From an uncultured Chloroflexia bacterium (GTDB lineage Bacteria > Chloroflexota > Limnocylindria > Limnocylindrales > CSP1-4), in NCBI GenBank assembly GCA_963727055.1, contig CAVSEN010000002.1:736199-800198 (forward strand): a stretch of DNA of 64,000 nt, given 5' to 3'. The notes under the pieces were generated by a model. It did no database searches. It was given only the letters and a program-made list of their open reading frames with translations, and was not told where the DNA came from. Below, in pieces: positions 57,706 through 64,000 of the stretch. A program made the position numbers and the translations under genes. Positions within the stretch are counted from its first letter, which is position 1, and every line of letters starts with the position of its first letter.

Positions 57706-58161
57706 GTGGACTTCAGGTTGGAAGTTGTCGTGATCCCGGTCACGGACGTTGACCGTGCCACCGAGTTCTACAGGCGGCTTGGTTGGCGCCTCGACGCCGA
57801 CGTCGTCGCCGGCAACGACTTCCGGCTCGTGCAGATGACGCCGCCCGGCTCGCCGTGCTCCATCCAGTTCGGCACCGGTCTCACGACTGCGGCGCCCGGC
57901 AGCGCCCAGGCCACCCACCTCGCGGTCAGCGACATCGCGGCCGCCCGCGCCGACCTCGTCGATGGCGGGATCAAGGTCAGCGAGGTGTTTCACTGTGAAT
58001 CGGGCTTCGCCTGCCGGTACGGCAAGCCCGGCGACCACGGCCCGCGGGTACCGGGACCCGAGCCGGAGCACGCTACCTATGCCTCCTTCGCCTCCTTTGC
58101 CGATCCCGACGGCAACGAGTGGGTGCTGCAGGAGATCACGACCCGGCTTCCCGGCCGGTGA
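57706..58161 (+). CDS. VOC/glyoxalase-family protein
   Basis: LEVVVIPVTDVDRATEFYRRLGWRLDAD...FADPDGNEWVLQEI. GTG start with a GAGGAG RBS. Confidence 0.75.
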   Translation: MDFRLEVVVIPVTDVDRATEFYRRLGWRLDADVVAGNDFRLVQMTPPGSPCSIQFGTGLTTAAPGSAQATHLAVSDIAAARADLVDGGIKVSEVFHCESGFACRYGKPGDHGPRVPGPEPEHATYASFASFADPDGNEWVLQEITTRLPGR

Positions 58162-58922
58162 GCGGCGACCGAACGCAGGAGGACTCCGTCGTGGACGTGG
58201 CGGCCCTGGCGCTGTTGTTGCACGAGACCGCAGAACATCACAACGCCTTCGAGAAGCGTGCGCCCAAGCACGACTGGTGGGATTGGTACGCCCCATACCT
58301 CGACGCGCGTCAACGCGGAAGCACACCGGAAGAAGCCTCGCGCGAGGCCGACCGCTACATGGCCGAAGTCCGCCATGTCGTCCCGGTTGACGCAGGGCGA
58401 CGAACGGCTCCCGCCGATCCCGTCCAGCAACGGTCCGACCGGGACAGGATTCGCAGGATCGTGGTGGCGACCGATGGCTCGCCGGCGTCGGCGGAAGCCG
58501 TCGAGCTGGCGTCCGATCTCGCAGCGGAACACACGTCCGAGCTGACCGTCGTCCACGTCGTGCCGGCGTTCGACGTCGTAGCGCCGACCTTCAGCAGGAT
58601 CGGCCCCGCGGTCCCGCATGCCCCGACAGGGCACGACCACGGACTGCTCGAGGAGGCGGCCGCGACCGCTGCCCAGAAAGGCGTGGTCGCCGAGACGGCC
58701 TTGCTTGCGGGCTACCCGACCGAGGCGATCGTGGCCTTCGTGGAGTCGCGCGCCGCCGACCTCGTCATCCTGGGGTCTCGCGGTCACGGAACGGTCGCGA
58801 GCGCGCTGCTCGGCAGCGTCTCGCTGGGCGTGCTGCGCGCGTCGACGCGCCCGGTGCTCATCGTGCGCGGCGCTCGCCTCCAGCAGAACGCAGCATCACC
58901 GTCATCCCAGAGCGTAGGGTAG
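58158..58922 (+). CDS. single ORF joining a small helical domain (commonly seen next to glyoxalase genes) to a UspA domain
   Basis: GTGA overlap with the VOC stop. The N-terminal part reads LLLHETAEHHNAFEKRAPKHDWWDWYAPYLDARQRGSTPEEA. The C-terminal part reads RIVVATDGSPAS...ILGSRGHGTVASALLGSVSLGVLRASTRPVLIVR. There is no stop or start codon between them. Confidence 0.6.
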   Translation: MSGDRTQEDSVVDVAALALLLHETAEHHNAFEKRAPKHDWWDWYAPYLDARQRGSTPEEASREADRYMAEVRHVVPVDAGRRTAPADPVQQRSDRDRIRRIVVATDGSPASAEAVELASDLAAEHTSELTVVHVVPAFDVVAPTFSRIGPAVPHAPTGHDHGLLEEAAATAAQKGVVAETALLAGYPTEAIVAFVESRAADLVILGSRGHGTVASALLGSVSLGVLRASTRPVLIVRGARLQQNAASPSSQSVG

Positions 58923-59043
58923 TCATCCGATGCGTCCCGACATCAGGCCATGGGACGCAGGCGACAGGGCGCGCTTCCACGGATGGGCACGCCGGGCCCG
59001 AGAGCGGGGAGAGATGCACCCCGCGTCGTGAAGGACGCCTCAC

Positions 59044-59754
59044 ATGCCCGATCCGCAGAAGGTCGTCATCGTCACCGGCGCGTCACGTGGAATCGGCGCG
59101 GGGCTGGTTGGCGCGTTCCGCGAGGCCGGATATGCCGTCGTCGGCACCTCGCGCTCGATCCACCCGTCCGACGACGAGCAGTTCCTGACCGTGGCGGGTG
59201 ACATCGCCGATGTCGACACCGCCCAACGGGTCGTGGATCGGACGCTCGAGCGGTTCGGGAAAATCGACAGCCTCATCAACAACGCCGGGATCTTCGTCGG
59301 CAAGCCCTTCCTGGAGTACACGCCCGACGACTTGGCCTCGACCATCTCACTGAACCTGGCCGGCTTCTTCCACATCACGCAACGCGCCATCGGCCAGATG
59401 GTCACCCAGGGCAACGGCCACGTCGTCACCATCACGACGACGCTCGTCGACCACGCGGACGGCAGCAGACCCGCTGCGCTCGCGTCGCTCACCAAGGGCG
59501 GGCTCGCAGCCGTCACGCGCTCCCTCTCCACCGAGTTCGCGTCGCGTGGCGTGCGGGTCAACGCGGTCGCGCCCGGCGTCATCCGGACGCCGGAGCACGA
59601 TCCCGCGTCCTACGCGGGCCTTGCCCACGCCAACCCGAGTGGCCGACTGGGTGGAGTCCCCGACGTCGTGGGGGCCGTCCTCTATCTCGAACGGGCCCCG
59701 TTCGTCACCGGCGAGACCATCCACGTCGACGGCGGGTGGGCCGCGGGTCACTGA
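59044..59754 (+). CDS. SDR-family oxidoreductase
   Basis: TGASRGIGAG, NNAG and an atypical active-site region LTKGGLAAVTRSL. Confidence 0.8.
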   Translation: MPDPQKVVIVTGASRGIGAGLVGAFREAGYAVVGTSRSIHPSDDEQFLTVAGDIADVDTAQRVVDRTLERFGKIDSLINNAGIFVGKPFLEYTPDDLASTISLNLAGFFHITQRAIGQMVTQGNGHVVTITTTLVDHADGSRPAALASLTKGGLAAVTRSLSTEFASRGVRVNAVAPGVIRTPEHDPASYAGLAHANPSGRLGGVPDVVGAVLYLERAPFVTGETIHVDGGWAAGH

Positions 59755-59831
59755 CCTGCGAGGTCAACCAGCGGAACGGCACCGTGATCGGAGCGTTTCG
59801 ACGCTGTCGACGGCTCGCTCGCGTGGTTGAC

Positions 59832-60026
59832 GTGCCACAGGCGCGGTCCGATCCGACCATCGTTACCCGGCTGCTCGGGCGGTGGCGTCGCAACGACCCA
59901 TTGGACGCACTCACGTCGCGTGAGCGAGAGGTGCTCGGCCTCGTCGCCGACGGCCTCTCCAATCGCGCCATCGCCGCCCGGCTGGTCGTTGCTCGCGGCA
60001 AGGTCGTGCTGCGGGTCCGCGCCTAG
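59832..60026 (+). pseudogene. LuxR/NarL-type HTH remnant (C-terminal ~65 aa only, helix 3 degenerate)
   Basis: DPLDALTSREREVLGLVADGLSNRAIAARLVV is followed by a non-canonical tail. There is no receiver domain upstream, where the sequence overlaps the end of the SDR gene. Confidence 0.45.
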
Positions 60027-60125
60027 CGATCCTCGCCACGCACCTCGCAGCCCTCGGGACACCGGCCCGCGGTGTCGCCGTGCGCGCCGCATGGGCGCCG
60101 GGTCCCGTGTGACCCATCTCGCCGG

Positions 60126-60608
60126 TCAGCGCTGCATGCCCTCCGACTTCTGGTCGGAGGGGCTCGCAGGCCAGTGGCCGGGCGACCAGTCCCCGTCCGG
60201 GTCCGTGGTTTGCCCCACTTCGATCAGGTGACCGTCAGGATCGCGGAGGTAGCAACGGATCTCGTACTGGTGCTGTTTCGGCGGGGTCAGGAATCGAGCG
60301 CCCCTCGCGCTCCACTCGCGGTAGACGGCCTCGATATCCCTGACCCGGATATTGAGGAAGCTGCTGACCCGATCGGGATCGCGTGGCGTCTCCAGGGTGA
60401 CCGCAGGCTTGTCGTCGGTCGGGCCGCCGCCGACGTTGATGATGACCCACGTGTTGGAGAGCGCGACGTAGGTCAGCCCTCCGGGGCCGGAGAAGACCAC
60501 CCTGCCTCCGAGGACCTCGGTGTAGAAGCGCCGCGAGCGCTCGACATCGTCCGAGACGATGAAGTGGGCCAGCACAATCCCCTCTGGGGGCGGCGGGAGC
60601 TCGGCCAT
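60126..60608 (-). CDS. VOC/glyoxalase-family protein
   Basis: LAHFIVSDDVERSRRFYTEVLGGRVV...CYLRDPDGHLIEVGQ. Confidence 0.75.
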   Translation of the reverse strand: MAELPPPPEGIVLAHFIVSDDVERSRRFYTEVLGGRVVFSGPGGLTYVALSNTWVIINVGGGPTDDKPAVTLETPRDPDRVSSFLNIRVRDIEAVYREWSARGARFLTPPKQHQYEIRCYLRDPDGHLIEVGQTTDPDGDWSPGHWPASPSDQKSEGMQR

Positions 60609-60877
60609 CTGACACCTCCAACGGTTGCGACCCGAACAGTCTGCCCCCCGGACGTCAACCACGACAGCGCCCGCCCCGCTGGCGAGCTGGCCGCCTCTCC
60701 GCGTCGAGCCCCGAGCTCATTCTGGCCGGTATCGACGTCGTGCTGGGCCGCTGCTGACGGCCCAGCCGCCGAGCGCCGATGAGCTGGTTTCGGTCGGGCC
60801 CAAATCCAGCTGCGCCGTCGTCGGTGGCGGGCGGCGATGATGTGGCACGCGACGGTCGGACCGAATGGGGGGCAAGC

Positions 60878-61852
60878 ATGAGCGAGGTTCCGGGATCGAG
60901 GCGATCAGCGAGCCGGAGGGCCGTCGTCGCGGTCGTCCTCGGCGGGTTCACGCTCCTGGCGTTCGCGGGGTGCGGTCCCGGTCCCGGCGAGCCTTCGGCG
61001 ACCTCGCCGGCTACCCCGAGCGGTACCGGCAGCACGTCGCCGGCCGCGAACGCAAGCCCGGCAAGTCCGTCGGCCGCGCCCTACCAGCTCAGCCTCCTCC
61101 CGGCGTCAGGCTCGCCGCTGCCGGCAACGACGATCAGGGCGGCGGCCGATTGCCAGTCCCTGCCGACCGACTGGCTGCGGGAGTTCTGCTCGCTCACGCT
61201 GCGCTCGCACTGGCGGGCGATCATCGGCCCGACCGACCCGTTCGCCGCTCCGCCCAATGCCACCTCGAGCGTCACGTTCCTGGCGGCCCTCGCGCGGGCG
61301 GAGATCGACGGCGACACGTCGCTGTGCTTCGACGTGGCCATGCGCGAGTGGCTCAGCGCGGGCAGCTCAGCCGGCGGGGCGGCTCCGCCGCCTGGCTCGA
61401 CGCCGGTCCCGATCCAGCCGATCGCAACCTGCTTCGAGAGCTTCCTCACGACGGTCCGGCACGGCTCGTTCACGGTCAGCGATCCGGGCGACCAGGCCGT
61501 GGTCGAGCTGCTCGTCAGCCCGGAAGCGGCCGCCCAGGTGATCCTGCACTCGACGCCCGTCCTCGATCCGTACGTCGCCTGCGCGAAGCCCCTGACCCGC
61601 GCCGACTGCGAATCGCTCATCGACGCGGCGACGACCTATGTCCAGGACCACCAGCTCGATGCCCGAAGCCTGGCCGCGTTCGGGCAGCCGGTCGAATGCC
61701 CGGGCTCGACGGCCTCTTGCCCACCGCCGTCGGCCGGCGCGTGGCTCGGCAGCGTCCGGGTCGGCCTGGCCGGCAATGGCATCGTGCTGCTCGACGTCTC
61801 GGTCGTCGGTGGACTGCCCGCGGTCAACGAGGTCGCCGAGCCAACCCCCTGA
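60878..61852 (+). CDS. hypothetical lipoprotein with Ser/Pro/Ala-rich linker and Cys-containing domain
   Basis: MSEVPGSRRSASRRAVVAVVLGGFTLLAFAGCG carries a signal peptide and lipobox. I recognise no family. Confidence 0.6.
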   Translation: MSEVPGSRRSASRRAVVAVVLGGFTLLAFAGCGPGPGEPSATSPATPSGTGSTSPAANASPASPSAAPYQLSLLPASGSPLPATTIRAAADCQSLPTDWLREFCSLTLRSHWRAIIGPTDPFAAPPNATSSVTFLAALARAEIDGDTSLCFDVAMREWLSAGSSAGGAAPPPGSTPVPIQPIATCFESFLTTVRHGSFTVSDPGDQAVVELLVSPEAAAQVILHSTPVLDPYVACAKPLTRADCESLIDAATTYVQDHQLDARSLAAFGQPVECPGSTASCPPPSAGAWLGSVRVGLAGNGIVLLDVSVVGGLPAVNEVAEPTP

Positions 61853-62180
61853 GGACGTTTCGACTCCGGCCGCTTGGGGTGGCGGCGCGTCCCGCGTTCC
61901 ATGCGGCTCACAGCCAGCCTGGCGGCGGAGAGGCATTCGTCACGCAGGGCAGGACAAATCGGGGGTTTCACAGGCGAAGAGCCCTGGAGCGCGCTGGCGG
62001 CAGCTCGGGTCCATCCCGAGCCACGCTCAGGCGAGCAGGTCGTATCGACTCGCGACCGCCGCGACGTCGCCGGAACGCACCGCAACTGCCGTTTTGTCGT
62101 ATCGGCTGAGACAACGGGCGCGGCACCGACCCGGGGAACCAAGCCGGCGACAGGACCTCGTGGCGGTCCATGACAGCCGC

Positions 62181-62414
62181 TCAGCCGAAGTAGAAGGTCG
62201 GCTCGGTTCGGTCGGGTGAGGCCAGGATCCCGGTCACTGCGTCGACGGTCAGGTTCGCGTGCCGGGCGATGAGATCGGCGACCTGCTCCGGGTCACCGCC
62301 GCAGCGGGCCAGCTCCCGACGGTCGAGCTGGGGCCAAAGGCGGAGCGCGCGTCGCTCCAGGGCGCCGGCAATGGGTGACGACGTGTCGGCGGCGAACGGA
62401 GCGATGCTCGTCAT
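62181..62414 (-). CDS. hypothetical 77-aa protein
   Basis: Protein-like composition. I recognise no family. Confidence 0.35.
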   Translation of the reverse strand: MTSIAPFAADTSSPIAGALERRALRLWPQLDRRELARCGGDPEQVADLIARHANLTVDAVTGILASPDRTEPTFYFG

Positions 62415-62531
62415 GGCGGCGCCTTTCCTGGGCTGGTCCCAACCCTAGGCCCGGTTCCGCGTCTTGAACAGATCGGGGTTGCTTTCGAGAAGGCTAAGAA
62501 TGCTTAGAGGATTCGGTTGCGCCCCTGCCGA

Positions 62532-63350
62532 TCAGCGCTCGAACCGGCCGCCGCCGAACCGCTCGGGCTGGGCAACCGTCGCGGCCTGTTCGGGCGTCGC
62601 GTTGTACATGAGCGATCCGGGCGTGGTCAGCAGCTCGCCCGTCTCGAGCCAGGTCTTGAGGCCCGACAGGATCATCGGCCAGCCGCCGTAGAGCTGTTCG
62701 TTGGCGCCCTCGCGGAGCTGGTCGTGGGTGACGGTCAGGCGGCAGGAGTCGCCGATCGGCTCGATGTCCCAGGTGATCCGGCTGGTCCCCTCGCTCTTCA
62801 CGTCCTCGCCCCACAGGGCGACCATCGTCTGGACAAGCCGGCGCGGCGGATCGAGCTCCACGTTGGTGCCTTCGCCCAGGATCCTGGTGGCGCCGGGGTG
62901 ACTCTGCTCGTAGTGCGATCCGGGCGTCCAGTCGGACGTAATCCGGTTGCCGAAGTTGTACTTGCTGCGGATCTCGCTGTCGGTGATCGCCTGCCACAGC
63001 CGTTCCGGCGTCGTCTTGATGTAGATCTCGAACACCTTTTCCATGGTCGTCTCCAATTCGGTCTTGAGGCCGCTCAGGCCGGCGGCCCAGGGCTCGGCGT
63101 ACTTGCTCACCCACCGGTCGTGGACGAGCCGGATCGGGACGGGGTTGAGGAAATGGAGCTTCTCGCGGCCTCGCCGCCGGGTCACGACCAGACCGGCATC
63201 CTCGAGCAGCCGGAGGTGCTTCATCACCCCGAAGCGCGACATCGAGAACCGTGCCTGGAGCGCGGTCAGCGTCTGGCCGTCCTCGCGGTAGAGCTCGTCG
63301 AGCAAGCTCCGCCGGGTCGGGTCAGCCAGCGCCCTGAATACCTCGTCCAT
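62532..63350 (-). CDS. ArsR-family HTH fused to an SRPBCC (AHSA1-like) domain
   Basis: FRALADPTRRSLLDELYREDGQTLTALQARFSMSRFGVMKHLRLLEDAGLV, followed by an SRPBCC-like C-terminal half. ATG 63350 is supported by the promoter geometry. Confidence 0.8.
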   Translation of the reverse strand: MDEVFRALADPTRRSLLDELYREDGQTLTALQARFSMSRFGVMKHLRLLEDAGLVVTRRRGREKLHFLNPVPIRLVHDRWVSKYAEPWAAGLSGLKTELETTMEKVFEIYIKTTPERLWQAITDSEIRSKYNFGNRITSDWTPGSHYEQSHPGATRILGEGTNVELDPPRRLVQTMVALWGEDVKSEGTSRITWDIEPIGDSCRLTVTHDQLREGANEQLYGGWPMILSGLKTWLETGELLTTPGSLMYNATPEQAATVAQPERFGGGRFER

Positions 63351-63357
63351 GGCCGGG

Positions 63358-63387
63358 ACTATATGTGACCGTATAGTCACCTGTCAA
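63358..63387 (-). promoter_or_regulatory. TTGACA-18-TATAGT promoter with an embedded palindrome, 7 nt upstream of the ArsR ATG
   Basis: The minus strand reads TTGACAggtgactatacggtcacaTATAGTcccggccATG. Inverted repeats GACTATA/TATAGTC and GTGAC/GTCAC lie in the spacer and -10 region. Confidence 0.6.
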
Positions 63388-64000
63388 GGAGCATGAGCGA
63401 GATCACGCTCGCCAGCCGGTCGGCGTTGCGGAAGTTGCGCGTGCGCTCGCCCAGCCGCGCGGACACCTTGACGGCCACGCTCTCGGCCGGGCCGTTGCCG
63501 TTCGGGTAGTCGCCGTAGCGGTGCTTGAGGTCCATCATGCGGCGGGCCTCGGGGTCGGTTCGCACGTACCACTGCATGAGGAACGACGCTCCGAGCGGCA
63601 GTACGATCTTGCCGAGTTCCTCCGACGCCTCGAGACCCCAGAAGCAGTGTTCGATGGCCCGAACGAGTCCCGGTTCCTCGAGCGCGCCGTCGTCGGTGGC
63701 GTGTTTCATCGCGTTCTCGCGCAGGTGGTGCTCGCACGGGTAGAAGTGCGCGGCCGGCCAGCGCGCCTCGACCGCGTTGCGGATCGCCTTCGCGCCGTCG
63801 GCCACGACCCAGAAGGGCGGCGGATCGTCGTTGAGTTGGCCGAGGAACTCCCACCAAGAGTCGGCGGTCTCGTCGCCGGCGAGGGCCGTAGCCAGTTCCG
63901 TGTCCGCCCCTGGAGACGATCGCGGCCGGCTGCGACCAAGACCGCTCCGCCGCGGCGAGAGGACTCGAACCCGAAGTCCTCCGCGCCGTGCGCCTTCATG
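63377..64000 (-). mobile_element. IS256/Mutator-like transposase, C-terminal part, truncated by the window edge and probably frame-broken near 63905
   Basis: GDETADSWWEFLGQLNDDPPPFWVVADGAKAIRNAVEARWPAAHFYPCEHHLRENA...GNGPAESVAVKVSARLGERTRNFRNADRLASVISLMLL follows the D-G...A...C..H..N and N..E.....R pattern of this family. Confidence 0.6.

Noticed and set aside
61853-62180. Minus-strand ORF 61968..62171, starting 9 nt after the 77-aa gene, as a possible two-gene toxin-antitoxin-like pair.
   Set aside because: The coding signal decays after about 25 codons, the composition becomes Arg-rich, and there is no recognisable family. The evidence is insufficient.

Overview
The window is 64 kb of roughly 70% GC, gene-dense chromosome. 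Gene content (F420/LLM oxidoreductases, polyphosphate glucokinase, Mec-CysO-CysM, leaderless starts) suggests an Actinobacteria- or Chloroflexi-like organism. I found no rRNA, tRNA or CRISPR.

Readable content, in order:
- ATP-dependent DNA ligase, a GNAT and two tandem LLM oxidoreductases
- OpuC-type osmoprotectant ABC transporter
- Envelope glycosylation cluster: flippase-like protein, GT2 and two tandem GT-C-like membrane proteins
- Phenylacetate operon (paaR-paaABCD-paaH-paaJ) plus a second paa-like operon
- ECF sigma factor and a FecR-type anti-sigma factor
- fumC
- Permease, GlnA-like, SDR and aldehyde dehydrogenase cluster
- purE-icd-purK
- GNAT, nucleoside hydrolase and ECF transporter operon
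- Protein-thiocarboxylate cysteine pathway: sufU, rhodanese-MoeB, cysO, cysM, mec
- A slightly lower-GC accessory tail (57-64 kb) that ends in an IS256-like transposase fragment

Three things the gene list does not explain:
- About 30 reading-frame breaks are confined to a few patches: 0-5.2 kb, paaABC, the aldehyde dehydrogenase, and cysM/moeB. About 45 kb of other coding sequence reads through cleanly.
- The larger intergenic gaps hold a family of repeats. These include two ~170-bp elements with terminal inverted repeats, 34-bp perfect direct repeats, 35/36-bp tandem repeats that share a core, and short tandem arrays.
- Many genes have a TANNNT box 6-8 nt upstream of the start codon, which suggests leaderless transcripts.

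I saw no defence system or other clear-cut new machine. The best candidates for undescribed biology are the GT2/flippase-like/dual GT-C cluster, the repeat family, the CysO pathway variant, and the nucleoside hydrolase-ECF operon. All protein calls come from reading the translations by eye; no database search was run.
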